This document shows, piece after piece, positions 51,433 to 64,000 of a stretch of DNA of 64,000 nucleotides. The stretch spans positions 22,010,001-22,074,000 of the forward strand of contig NC_043020.1 in assembly GCF_006345805.1 (NCBI RefSeq), in the 5' to 3' direction. The position numbers and the translations under genes are program-made. The DNA is from Octopus sinensis (taxonomy: Eukaryota). Position 1 is the first letter of the stretch, and each line of letters opens with the position of its first letter. The notes beneath the pieces are model-generated. The model saw only the letters and a program-made list of their open reading frames with translations. It made no database searches and was not told where the DNA came from.

Positions 51433-52026
51433 GTATGTATATATATACATATGTATGTATATATATACATATGTATGTATATATATACATATGTATGTAT
51501 ATATATATATGTATGTATATATATACATATGTATGTATATATATATGTATGTATATATATACATATGTATGTATATATATATATGTATGTATATATATAC
51601 ATATGTATGTATATATATATATGTATGTATATATATACATATGTATGTATATATATATATGTATGTATATATATACATATGTATGTATATATATATATGT
51701 ATGTATATATATATAATATGTATATATATATATGTATGTATATATGTATATATATATATGTATGTATATATGTATATATATATATATATATATGTATGTA
51801 TATGTATATAGTATATATATATATATGTATATATGTATATATATATATGTATGTATATATGTATATATATATATATGTATGTATATTGTATATATGTATA
51901 ATATATATATGTAATATGTATATATATATATGTATGTATATATGTATATATATATATGTATGTATATATGGTATATATATATATGTATGTATATATGTAA
52001 TATATATATATATATATATATGTATG

Positions 52027-52077
<51 letters not shown>

Positions 52078-52366
52078 ATATAATATATATATATGTATGT
52101 ATATATATATATGTATGTATATATATATATGTATGTATATATATATTGTATGTATATATATATATGTAGGTATATATATATATGTATGATATATATATAT
52201 GTATGTATATATTATGTATGTATATATAGGTATGTATATATATATTATATATATGTGTATGTATATATATATGTATATATATATGTATGTATATATATAT
52301 GTATATATATATGTATATATATATGTATATATATATATGTATATATATATATGTATATATGTATAT

Positions 52367-52546
52367 GATTGATTGATTTTAGTTTCAGCTCATGAGCTGT
52401 GGCCATGCTGGGGCACTGCCATTTGGTGTTGCTACATGGTTTTACTTCACGAAAGCTTTTTAGCGACTGCCATTTGGTGCATGAGAGAGTTCGATGCAGC
52501 TGCCCTCATCTGCACCTCCTGCCGTGAAGTTGGTTCATCTGGGACT
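52367..52546 (-). mobile_element. 3' end of a CR1-group LINE
   Basis: Minus strand [24 protein letters not shown] then GTGCCCCAGCATGGCCACAGCTC..GAAAC and (AATC)n tail; related copy at 58150-58345. Confidence 0.7.
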
Positions 52547-52736
52547 GTATATATATGTATATATATGTATATGTATATATATGTAGATGTATATATATGT
52601 ATATATATATGTAGATGTATAATGTATATATATAGTAGATGTATATATATGTATATATATATGTATATGTATGTATATGTATATATATGTATATATATAT
52701 GCATATGTAAATATATATATATATATATATGTGTAT

Positions 52737-52767
<31 letters not shown>

Positions 52768-53299
52768 TAATATATATATATATATATACATATGTATAAA
52801 TATATATGTATATATATATATATATATACATATGTATAAATATATATGTATATATTATATATATATGCATATGTATAAATATATATATATATGTGTATAT
52901 ATATATTATATATATGTATAAATAATGTATATATATATATATATATGCATATGTATAAATATATATATATAGTGTATATATATTATATATATATATATAT
53001 ATATGCATATGTATAAATATATATATATGGTGTTTATATATATATATATATATATACATATGTATAAATATATATGTATATATATATATATGCATATGTA
53101 TAAATAATATGTATATATATATATATATATATATGCATATGTATAAATAAATATATATGTATATTATATATATACATATGTATAAATATATATTATGTAT
53201 AAATATATATATATGTAATATATATATATATATATATGCATATGTATAATATATATGTATATATATATATACATATGTATAAATATATATTATGTATAA

Positions 53300-53330
<31 letters not shown>

Positions 53331-53485
53331 TACATATGTATAAATATATATATATGTGTATATATATATAAATATATATATATATACATATGTATAAAAT
53401 ATATACATATGTATAAATATATATATATATGTATATATATATAATATATATATATCGGAAGGTTTGGAGATGATGTACAGGTATT

Positions 53486-53748
53486 ATATATTAGAAAAAT
53501 TGAGGTAATCAGATCAGATGGTTCATATTTGTAGATATTTATTTATATATACATTTTTTACATATATATCATATCATTCGGATTAGCGCTTGCTCCCATT
53601 CTAGTGGGTTTTCAAATTTGAAAACCCACTAGAATGGGAGCAAGCGCTAATCCAAGAATGATATGATATATATGTAAAAAATGTAATATATAAATAAATA
53701 TCTACAATATGAACCATCTGATCTGATTACCTCAATTTTTCTAATATA
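53486..53748. repeat. Spacerless palindrome, arms of about 130 bp
   Basis: ...GGATTAGCGCTTGCTCCCATTCTAGTGGGTTTTCAAA|TTTGAAAACCCACTAGAATGGGAGCAAGCGCTAATCC..., centre 53616/53617. Confidence 0.92.
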
Positions 53749-53788
53749 TATATATATATACATATGTAATAATATATATATATATATA

Positions 53789-53830
<42 letters not shown>

Positions 53831-54325
53831 GTATAAATATATATATGTGTGTATAATATATATGTGTATATATATATATATATACATATGTATAAATATA
53901 TATATATGGTGTATATTATATAATATACAATATGTATAAAATATATATATGTGTATATATATATATATATACATATGTATAAATATATATATATATGTGT
54001 ATATATATATATATATATATACATATGTATAAATATATATATATATGTGTATATATAGATATATACATATGTAGTATAAATATATATATAGATAGTATAA
54101 TATGTATAAATATATATATATATATGTATGATAGTATATATATATAGACATATGTATATATGTATATATATATATATACATATGTATATATATAGATATA
54201 TATGTATATATATATATATATACTATGATATATATATATATTATATATTATATATATATATATACATATGTATATATATATATATACATATGTAAATATA
54301 TATATATATAACATATGTATATATA

Positions 54326-54365
<40 letters not shown>

Positions 54366-55174
54366 GTATATATATATATGTGTATATATATATATATACA
54401 TATGTATATATATGTGTATATATATATATATACATATGTATATATATGTGTATATATATATATATACATATGTATATATATGTGTATATATATATATATA
54501 CATATGTATATATATGTGTATATATATATATATATACATATGTATATATATATATGTGTATATATATATATATACATATGTATATATATATATAGTATAA
54601 ATATATATATATATATGTATATATATATATGTATAAATATATATATATATGTATATATATATATGTATAAATATATATATATATGTGTATATATATATAT
54701 ACATAGGTATATATAATATATACATATGTATATATATATATATATGTATAAATATATATATATATGTGGATAGATATATATATACATATGTATATATATA
54801 TATACATATGTATATATATATATATATATATACATATGTATAAATATATATATATATGTATATGACATATATATATATTATTTATACATATGTATATATA
54901 TATATATATATATACATATGTATAAATATATATATATATGTATATATATATACATATGTATAAATATATTATATGTATATATATGTATATATTATATATA
55001 TATTATATATGTATATATATGATATGTATATATATGTATATATATAATATATATATGTATATATATATATGTATATATATGTATATATATATATATATAT
55101 ATATGTAATAGATATATATATGTATATATATATATATTATATTATATATATATGATATATATAATATAATAATC

Positions 55175-55205
<31 letters not shown>

Positions 55206-55545
55206 TATATATATATATGTATATATATATATGTATATATATGTATATATATATATGTATATATATATATGTATTATATATATATATGTATATATATATA
55301 TGTAATATATGTATATTATATTATGTAATTATGTATATATATATATGTATATATATGTATATATATATATGTATATATATGTATATATAATATATGTATA
55401 TATATGTATATTATCATATAATATATATGTGATAATATATATGTATTATATATATATATATGTATATAATATATATATAATATATATATATATATAGGTA
55501 TATATATGATATAATATATATATATATATGTATATATATATAGGT

Positions 55546-55578
<33 letters not shown>

Positions 55579-55662
55579 GTATATATAGTATATATATATA
55601 TGTATATATATATATATGTATATATATTATATGTATATATATTATATGTATATGATATATAG

Positions 55663-55723
<61 letters not shown>

Positions 55724-55729
55724 GTATAT

Positions 55730-55762
<33 letters not shown>

Positions 55763-55803
55763 GGTTATTGATCAAAATAAAAACATGATGCAAGGATTCA
55801 GCA

Positions 55804-55880
55804 GCGGGTACATATGTTCGGGCCTTTATTAGACAGATTTATAAAATGCATAATGTATGTCTGTGGCCTTCTTCAGCCGC
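55804..55880 (-). ncRNA. Minimal hammerhead-ribozyme-like motif with 48-nt stem II
   Basis: Minus strand GCGG CTGAAGA A GGCC..GGCC CGAAC ATAT GTA CCCGC; the GAAA box is altered to CGAA. Confidence 0.6.
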
Positions 55881-55986
55881 GCACAACAACTTCCACAAGG
55901 ACATGTGTTACATCAAAAATTCTTGGTTGGGGATGCAAAATATATGTATATATATATGTATATGTATATATGTATATGTACCTATA

Positions 55987-56017
<31 letters not shown>

Positions 56018-56832
56018 GTAGATATATATATGTATGTTATATATGTATATATATATATATATGTATATATATATTTATATATATATGCATATTCCCTTCT
56101 TCCCTCTTTCTCCTCCCTCTTCCCCTTCCCTCTGCTCCCTCACTCCCTCTCTCCCCTCTCTCTCTCCCCCCCCTCTCCCTCTTCCTCCTTCATCCCCTCC
56201 TCACCTTCCTTCTCCCCCATCGTTCTCCTCTTTCCCCTTCTCCTCCCCCTCTTCTTCCCCTCCCCTTCTCTCCCCCCTCTTCTCCCCCCCCCTCTTCTCA
56301 CTACACCACATGATTTACACATCACATCACATATGATGTGCCATACTAATACACACACCAACTAATACATACTAATACGTACTAATACATACTAGTACAT
56401 ACTAATACTTACACCAACCCTATACATAACATGTCCCGACCCCGCATACGCACTTACACTCTCTCACACAACACACACACACCTATACATACCAATACGT
56501 AATAATACATACTAATCATACACCAACCCCATACATACGCACGTCCAGACCAATCTTACGCACTAATACTCTCTCATACACAACACAACACACACACACC
56601 CTTATACATACTAATACATAACCAACCCTATACATACACACATCCAGACCCTCCCACGCACTTTTAGCTGGTCCCTCAACCCTTTATCAACCCTATTATC
56701 TCCCCTTATTTCGCTCTCGCGTCTCAGTTTGATCTTTGACCTCTGGCCGAAATCAGATCGCCATGTTGATTCGTTAGCTACTGCACGCATTTTTTTTCTC
56801 TCCTTCTTTCTGTGTTTTTCTCTCTCTGTGTA

Positions 56833-56870
56833 TCTTTCTGTTGAAGAGCGTAGGCTCGAAACGTTAAAGA
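56833..56870 (+). ncRNA. Variant minimal hammerhead-like motif
   Basis: TCTTT CTGTTGA A GAGC GTAG GCTC GAAAC GTT AAAGA: stems I and II pair, but the core has A6->U. Confidence 0.45.
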
Positions 56871-57466
56871 CTTGTTTTATTTATATTTCCTGAGCGCCAT
56901 ACATATAAAACAATGTTCGTTTGTTTCACCTGCCTTCGTCTTTTGTTTATTTTCATAAAGCTTCCGTTATATATATGTATATATGTATTATTATAGATGT
57001 ATATATTATGTATATATATGTATATATGTATATATATATGTGTATGTATATATGTATATATATAGTGTATATATATATGTATATAATATATATGTATTAT
57101 ATATATGTATATATATATATATGTATATATATGTTATATTAATATATACATATGTATAAATATGTATATATATATATATACATATGTATAAATATATATA
57201 TATATGCATATGTTTAAATAGATATATATATGTATATATATTATACATATGTATAATATAAGAATATATGTATTATATATATAATACTATGTATAAATAT
57301 ATATATATATATATAGTATTATATGAGATAATGATATATAATGTATATATATCTAATATATATACACTATGTATAAATATATATATAATATATATGTATA
57401 TATATATATATATATGTATAATATATATTATATATATGTATAAATATATATATGTATATATATAAT

Positions 57467-57715
57467 ATAATTCGAGACAAAACCACTATTTTGCAATACA
57501 AACAAGGAAAGAATTTTTAATATAAAGAAATAAACCGCCACTACAATCGTTTCATAAATTAAAACAGATTAGGAGATCGAAAATCCACCTGACGAATGTC
57601 ATTGAAGACATGAAACGATTGAAGTGGTTTATTTCTTTATATTAAAAATTTTTATGTATTGATTAAGTCTTTCCTTGTTTGTTTTGCAAAATAGTGGTTT
57701 TGTCTCGAATTATAT
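57467..57715. mobile_element. Penelope-like terminal (pseudo-LTR) fragment with inverted partial duplication
   Basis: 57467-57555 is the inverse of 57610-57715; contains a hammerhead motif. Confidence 0.7.
57581..57630 (+). ncRNA. Type I minimal hammerhead-ribozyme motif
   Basis: CCAC CTGACGA ATGTC ATTGAA GACAT GAAAC GATT GAA GTGG; the inverted duplicate at 57538-57555 retains the canonical GTA triplet. Confidence 0.72.
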
Positions 57716-57803
57716 TATATAATATTTTACTATAAAATTGGATTTAATCCTAAATCTGATTTTTCCCTGTAAATTTGGATTATTCCCTAATATTTATTAT
57801 TAT

Positions 57804-57873
<70 letters not shown>

Positions 57874-57877
57874 AATT

Positions 57878-58045
57878 GGCACTAAAAAGCACCCACTACA
57901 CTCATGGAGTGGTTGGCGTAGGAAGGGCATCCACCAGAAACATTGCCAGATCAGACTGGGCCTGGTGCAGCCTTCTGGCTTCCCAGACCCCAGTTGAACC
58001 GTCCAACCCATGCTAGCATGGAAAGCAGACGCTAAACGATGATGA
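57878..58045 (+). mobile_element. 5'-truncated RTE 3' end
   Basis: Near identical to 3770-3930 including the (GAT)n tail. Confidence 0.88.
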
Positions 58046-58090
58046 TATGTATAAATATATGTATGTATATGTATACATGTATATGTATAT

Positions 58091-58121
<31 letters not shown>

Positions 58122-58149
58122 GTATATATGTGTATACATATATATTTTT

Positions 58150-58345
58150 TTTTTTCTAGTTTCTGCTCAGAGCTGCGGCCATACTGATGCACCGCCGTTT
58201 TGTGCTACACTGTTATTATGACGAACCTCGTCTAATATGTGGCACTTGGTGAAGAATTGAGTTTGATATAGCTACTCTCATTTGCACTTCTTGCCATCTG
58301 GGACTCTTGACAGGAAAATGTCCAGCTTGATTTAAAAACCGCTTA
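58150..58345 (-). mobile_element. 3' end of a CR1-group LINE
   Basis: Minus strand KLDIFLSRVPD..QEVQMRVAISNSILHQ and tail GGTGCATCAGTATGGCCGCAGCTC. Confidence 0.7.
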
Positions 58346-58359
58346 TATATATGTATAAA

Positions 58360-58391
<32 letters not shown>

Positions 58392-58413
58392 TATATTTAC
58401 ATGTATATGTATA

Positions 58414-58456
<43 letters not shown>

Positions 58457-58474
58457 TTACATGTATATGTATAT

Positions 58475-58505
<31 letters not shown>

Positions 58506-58512
58506 TTACATG

Positions 58513-58557
<45 letters not shown>

Positions 58558-58622
58558 TTTACATGTATATGTATTATATATATATATATATATATAATAT
58601 ATATAATATATATATATATATT

Positions 58623-58654
<32 letters not shown>

Positions 58655-58942
58655 AATGAAATTAGAGAAATTATAAAACCACTATTAGGCAAGTCAAACA
58701 GTGAAAAACATAAGCCCATACATAAAATTAATTTAAAAATATAAAAGTTAAAAATAAAAAATTATTTTTAAATAATTTAAACTTATAAATTTTATATATA
58801 TATATACAAATATATATATTTATGTATGTATATTTTTATATTTATATTTTATTTTATTTATTAATTAATTTATTTTTTTAATTTTTTTATATATTTTTTA
58901 AATATCAAAAGTATTAAAATTTTAATAAAAGATAAAGAGTAA

Positions 58943-59040
58943 AACACTACGATCGTTTCATGGCTGTACCAATTCGAATAACAATAATTTAAATTCAATT
59001 AATAATTCAAGTTATGGTTACAGTCAATCTTCAGGTTAAT
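58943..59040 (-). ncRNA. Type I minimal hammerhead ribozyme with intact core and 68-nt stem II
   Basis: Minus strand AC CTGAAGA TTGACTGTAACCA..TGGTACAGCCAT GAAAC GATC GTA GT; flank 58672-58700 (AAAACCACTATT) resembles the 57478 Penelope-like end. Stem I is weak. Confidence 0.68.
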
Positions 59041-59498
59041 TCAATGTAGTCATTCTGCTTACTAGAAATAACAGCTAAATTTCCAAATTAAATCATCTTA
59101 GGAAATGGAAGGACATATTTTCAGAAGATCGTCCACGATAGACTATGTCCAAGGAGAGTAATTTACGATGGGCATGGTGGGAACAGGTTTGATCATAAAT
59201 CTAGCTCATCAAAGTTGACCCAGGGCTAAATAACATTCACAGCAACCCACACACATTTAGAAATACGCTTCTGAAGATTCTATCTTGTTAATGCTTGTGT
59301 GTGTGTGTGTGTGTGTGTGTGCGCATATATACATGTGTATTTATAAAATCTTAGCAGTTTGTCTGTCTGTTCTCCTCACTGTCTTGGTCTCCCTCTTTCA
59401 TATATATATGAACAAGAATGGAGAACAATCAAATCCTTAATCGATAGTTACACCATACATAACTGACCACCATTTCTATTGTGGCAGCATATTTAGAT

Positions 59499-59865
59499 TC
59501 TTTTATTCTTTTACTTGTTTCTGTCATTTGACTGCGGCCATGCTGGAGCACTGGCTTTAGTCAAACTAATTGACCCCCTCAGGACAGACTTATTCTTTGT
59601 AAGCCTAGTACTTATTCATCGATTCTTTTGCTGAACCACTGCTCTAACATCGGATGTCTAGCAATGGTAGGGGGACAAGCACAAACACACAAACATATAC
59701 ATACATATATATAAATATTATATATATATATATATATAATATATATATATATATATTATATATATATATACACAACGAGCTTCTTTCAGTTTCTGTCTAC
59801 CAAATCCACTCACAAGGGACTGAACCTGGAACCATGTAGTTGGGAAGCTAGCTTCTTACCACACA
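59499..59865 (-). mobile_element. CORE-like SINE, internally deleted
   Basis: Matches 16693-17118. Confidence 0.8.
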
Positions 59866-60923
59866 ACTAGATGTAGAAAAAAAGGTTGAGTATCCTACTC
59901 AAATCAATTTATGCGAACACACTGTTGATGGAATTTTTGCCTAAAACAGGCTAAATTCATTTAATTAAACAAGTCTGCTTAACACTGAGTGCTTTCTAGA
60001 TATCTATCTGGATTTATTAATCCATTTTATCTTTTGTTGTATATCCAAATTTAGGTAATATAAATAGATAGAATCCAGGCTGCACGCTTCCTAGCTTGCA
60101 GAATGGATTTTCATTCACATACGCAGCAACCCCACTTGCCAGTTGTGAACTATAAAATAACTTTTTGCAGCTTATTGAAATGTGGGAAAAATTCAGAACC
60201 TTGTACATCAATAAACCACCATTTTTTCCTGAAAGTTGTTCTTTTATACTTTCTACAGACTGCTCAAAGCTTACGAGCTTCCTATATATATGTATATATG
60301 TGTGTGTATATATATGGGCATGTGTATAAATATGCGTGTGTGCATGTTTGTGTGTACATATATATGTGTTTGTGTGTACATATATGTGTGTGTGTTTGTG
60401 TGACTAATTCTTTGATAAGTTAGGCACCGTTAATTTCAAAGCATCTGACTTTGCAAAACAATATCCTGTCAGGATTCAATTTCCTTTTTATTTTTTTTAA
60501 ACTTTTTTTTGCATCTAAGTTTTTGTTGTTTATTCATAGATTTCTTTTCTTCTCTCCCTCTCTTCCTCCACATTCCTTCCACCTTTCTCTCTCTCTCTCT
60601 CCTCTCCATACCATTCCATCTCTAGCCTAGATTTAGAGGTCAGGCACTGTTAAGAAAGATACAAAGAAGAAAGAAAGCTACAAAAAAACAGACAAAAACA
60701 CAATATGAAGTTGTTTATGTGGCAAAGCAATATGTTTGTGTGAAGCAGTCAGTTTGTGTGTGTGTGTGTGTGTGTGTCTGGGGGAGATGTGTATCTGTCT
60801 GTTTGTCTGGAACTTTTGTAGTTCTTATGTAATTTTCTTATATACCCCCCCAACTCACCCCTTTTCAGGTGGTGAGGATTGTTGATAACCTTTCTGTTGC
60901 AACAGTTGGGCATTAAAACCTTT

Positions 60924-60955
<32 letters not shown>

Positions 60956-61039
60956 CACATACATACATATGTACACACATACATACATACGTACATACAT
61001 ATATATATATATATATTGATAGATAGATAGATATTAATC

Positions 61040-61362
61040 CTTTTATGTTTCAGTGATTAGACAGTGGCCATACTGGGGCACCACTCTAAAGAGTTGTTAG
61101 TCGGACAAATTGACTCCAATACTTATTTCTTTAAGCCCAGTACTTATTCTATCAGTCTCCTTTGTTGAACCATTAAGTTATGGGGACACAAAGACACACA
61201 TATACAGCGGGCTTCTTTCAGTTTCTGTCTACCATATCCACCCACAAGGCTTTGGTTGGCTTGAGGCTATAGCAGAAGACACTTGCCCATGGTGCCATAC
61301 ATTAGGACTGAACCTGGAGCTATGCGGTTGGGAAGCGAGCTTCTTACCACACAGCCACGCCT
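61040..61362 (-). mobile_element. CORE-like SINE, diverged
   Basis: Matches 16693-17118. Confidence 0.78.
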
Positions 61363-61619
61363 GTCAATGTTTGCTTTTATCTTATAATAAAAAAAGTTTT
61401 ACATTAAATTGAAGAATTGCTCAATATGTCTGATAGAGAGCAAATTAATTATTCTTTAACAAGAACAGTGTTGATAGTGACTTCAAAGTTTTTGCCAGCT
61501 AAGCCAGACTCCAAGAGAATGCAAAGCACACACACACACACACATCACATCACATCAAGCACATGTACACAGATACACGCATATTATAAAGTCTGTCTCA
61601 AGTCTTGAGACACATTAGG

Positions 61620-61850
61620 CCAGAGCTTGTCTTGCTTTCTGGGATGGATAAAAGACTGACAATTCCAGACTCCCCCTGGATAGGACACCAGTCCATTGCA
61701 AGGGTAAACTCCATTTACTGCTAGTAGTTATTTCAGCTGAATAATAATTTGAAATAATTTGAAATAAAGTCTCTTGCTTCAGGGTGCAATGTGCTGCCTC
61801 GTCTGGGAATTGAACCCACAGATTAATTATCATGGACCCAACTCCATTAC
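61620..61850 (-). mobile_element. Old tRNA-derived SINE with V/Meta-type domain
   Basis: Minus strand GGGTTCAATTCCC B box and TGCAATGGACTGGTGTCCTATCCAGGGGG. Confidence 0.6.
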
Positions 61851-61962
61851 ATATATATATGTGTGTGTGTGTGTATATTTGTGTGTACATAGATATGTCT
61901 GTATGTATATGAGTATACGTAAGATGGTTTTGTTAAAATTCCTTAATGTTGACCTTTAAAAG

Positions 61963-62001
61963 CTGCCTCAGAGAAAAAGACAGAACCCAAAGAAAGTAAA
62001 G
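61963..62001 (+). CDS. Candidate 39-nt symmetric (phase 1-1) coding exon of an unidentified plus-strand gene
   Basis: CCTTAAT branch-like motif, TTTAAAAG| acceptor, open frame ASEKKTEPKESK, consensus AAG|GTAAGT donor. Confidence 0.5.
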
Positions 62002-62015
62002 GTAAGTGTGTTTCA

Positions 62016-62260
62016 CCATCGTCATCGTTTAACGTCCGTTTTCCATGCTGGCATGAGTTGGACGGTTTGACAGGGGATTGGCAGGCCAGGAGGCTGCACT
62101 AGGCTCCATTCTGATCTGGCAATTTTTCTACAACTGGATGCCTTTCTTAAGGCCAGCCACTCCGAGAGTGTAGTGGGTGCTTTTTACGTGCCACCAGCAT
62201 GGGAGCCAGTAAGGTGACACTGGCATCAGCCACGTTCGGATGGTGCTTTTTACGTGCTGC
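62016..62260 (-). mobile_element. 5'-truncated RTE 3' end, diverged subfamily
   Basis: Inverse of CACCCACTACACTCTCGGAGTGG..CATGGAAAACGGACGTTAAACGATGACGATG. Confidence 0.85.
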
Positions 62261-63821
62261 CAGCCAGTCGAAGCAGTGGGGGCTGAGATCGACCGCATCA
62301 AAATCTGGGAGAAGGCCTTGCTTCAGATAAACACACGGTGTGGTGCAGCAAAATCCAGAAAGAATCAGTAAGGCCAATCTCCGAGAAGAATTGTGATAGA
62401 AGTGGGTAGAACCGGTGGAAGAATGGATCTTGAAGCACAACTTAAGGAAGCAACATCTGGCATTATACATGTCCCTGATCTGGAACTCACAACAGAGATG
62501 GAAGAGATTATAGAGGCGAGATACTGAAGTAGAACTAAAAAAATAAGGGATCCAACTGGAAAGAAGCAGAAAAACCAGCCCTGAGTCAAGAACAGGGGAG
62601 AAAAGTTATTGATGGCCCTTCACTGCGTAGGAAGAGAAGGGCTTGAGTGAGTTTAAATTGTTGAATAATTTAAATATTATATTATATCAAGCAATACAAC
62701 TTAGTGATGTGTTTATTTCACGGCTTATCTTTCCAATCAAGTCCCTAACATTCTGTGCAGAATCCTCCTCTTCACTACTTCTCAGCCTCAGTGGTTCCCA
62801 ACTGATTTTTGGCCATGCTCCACTGATTCATTTCTAAAATCTTGATGCCCCCTTGTGATATTTAATTTTTGTTATTCAAAATTTGGTTAATGTTTACCAT
62901 TATTACCTGGAAACAAAATAAAAAATAATGCAACGGATGTGAAAAAATGTTTAGGAAATGAATATGAAAACAAAAAGGGGAAAGCAATGGTGGGGAGAAC
63001 TTCAGAAAATTCACAAGATCCGAGTTTTCCCCTCATAACTTTTAGGAAAATGTGGGGTTCTTTTTTATAAAATTTTATATAAATACCTTTCAACCGGCAT
63101 AGATTACGATTAAAAAGAAATTTGTGGGAAAATCTTTTCCAAGGTGTGAGGGGAGGACTTTGGAAAATTCACAAAATCCGAGTTTTTCGCTCATAACTTG
63201 GTGACAGTTTATCGTGGATATCCAAATTTTAAATATTCTTTTGAATATTGGCGAACATTTTTTACTTACACAACTCATTTTATGTATTTTTAAATCGGCA
63301 TAACTACAGATTTCTGCACCACCGACTTTGGCTGATCATAACTTTCAGAAAAATGTTTATTATTAATGAAATTGTCTACGAATATGTGTTTTATCATGTA
63401 GATTCCGAATATACAAAATTTTTTGGGGAAAAATGTTTTAGGAGGGGTTGGGACAGGGAATTTCAGAAATATCACTGGAGTCAATTCGGCTTAACTTTCA
63501 AGAAAATGGATATTTTTTTAATGAAATTCTCTACAAATATACCTCAGACTATGTAGATTCTGAGGACATAGGAATTTTGGGGAAAAACGATTGGGGGCTA
63601 TTTTTGAGAATTGTTTCTCACTCGCGTGTGTTTCTGAACAAGACGTCCATATTTGTTGCATTTTCTCCGTTTTGTGCATTTGTGCATCCGTAGATTTCCA
63701 CCACACACGCGCGCTCGCGCACATAATTTAAAAAGTTCAGATGGGGAATTATTCTTTTCAGTATCATGTTAATTATAGAAATTATGTAACAAATTATGCT
63801 TCACCCTGGGATCTTTAACTG

Positions 63822-64000
63822 GGATCTTTTCCTTTTGATAGCCAGATTTCAACACAATTTCTAGTTAACTAAACACTTTAAAACTTCGTATACTGGTAGA
63901 ATGTGTCAAAAGAAAACATTATTTTCTCTTGGGTTTTTTGATAAATTTGTAATTCGTTTGTTTAACGTAGTTTAATTTTTAGAAATTTTAACCAATCCTA
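63822..64000. mobile_element. Left TIR of a Merlin-type MITE (family of 26188), runs off the window
   Basis: GGATCTTTTCCTTTTGA..GCCAGATTT..CTAGTTAACTAAA..AAACTTCGTATACTGGTAGAATGTGTCAAAAG matches 26188-26340. Confidence 0.85.

Larger units (their letters stand above)
51402..57470. repeat. About 6 kb of degenerate (TA)n/(TATG)n/(TACA)n low-complexity array with embedded retroelement fragments
   Basis: Directly visible; source of the YI/IY-rich pseudo-ORFs. Confidence 0.95.

Noticed and set aside
51307-58719. Long YI/IY/CV-rich ORFs in the ORF track
   Set aside because: Translations of (TA)n/(TG)n microsatellites that lack stops by composition.
60625-60740. Possible exon after a long pyrimidine tract
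   Set aside because: No convincing donor and no recognisable protein; the tract is a (CT)n-like repeat.
62300-62640. Possible gag-like LINE ORF1 remnant (IIHVPDLELTTEMEEIIEA)
   Set aside because: Similarity is too short and degenerate to support without a database search.
62789-62830. CAGTGGTTCCCAA Buster-like left TIR
   Set aside because: No partner TIR or TSD found within the window.

Overview
Eukaryotic, AT-rich, repeat-saturated genomic DNA, most likely from an octopus (inferred from the tRNA-derived SINE families, the RTE/Tx1/Penelope/Helitron/Merlin mix and extreme microsatellite density; not proven). The only clear host coding sequence is coding exon 1 of an AGPAT5-like acyltransferase on the minus strand (5115-5330). 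There is also a candidate 39-nt exon of a plus-strand gene at 61963-62001. The rest is a nested transposon landscape: a near-intact RTE LINE carrying a PHD finger; two near full-length Tx1-like LINEs plus fragments; a Buster-type hAT; a Merlin transposon and several Merlin-type MITEs; composite and tandem Helitrons; a solo LTR; many SINEs; and about 6 kb of AT/AC low-complexity sequence. The most interesting signals are (i) five minimal hammerhead-ribozyme-like motifs, three with greatly elongated stem II, (ii) a SINE subfamily with a Tx1-derived 3' tail found twice inside the tRNA-like head of a sister SINE, (iii) Tx1 copies embedded in microsatellites, and (iv) a spacerless palindrome of about 260 bp. 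Most ORFs in the supplied track are microsatellite or antisense artefacts. All alignments, pairings and coordinates were read by eye.
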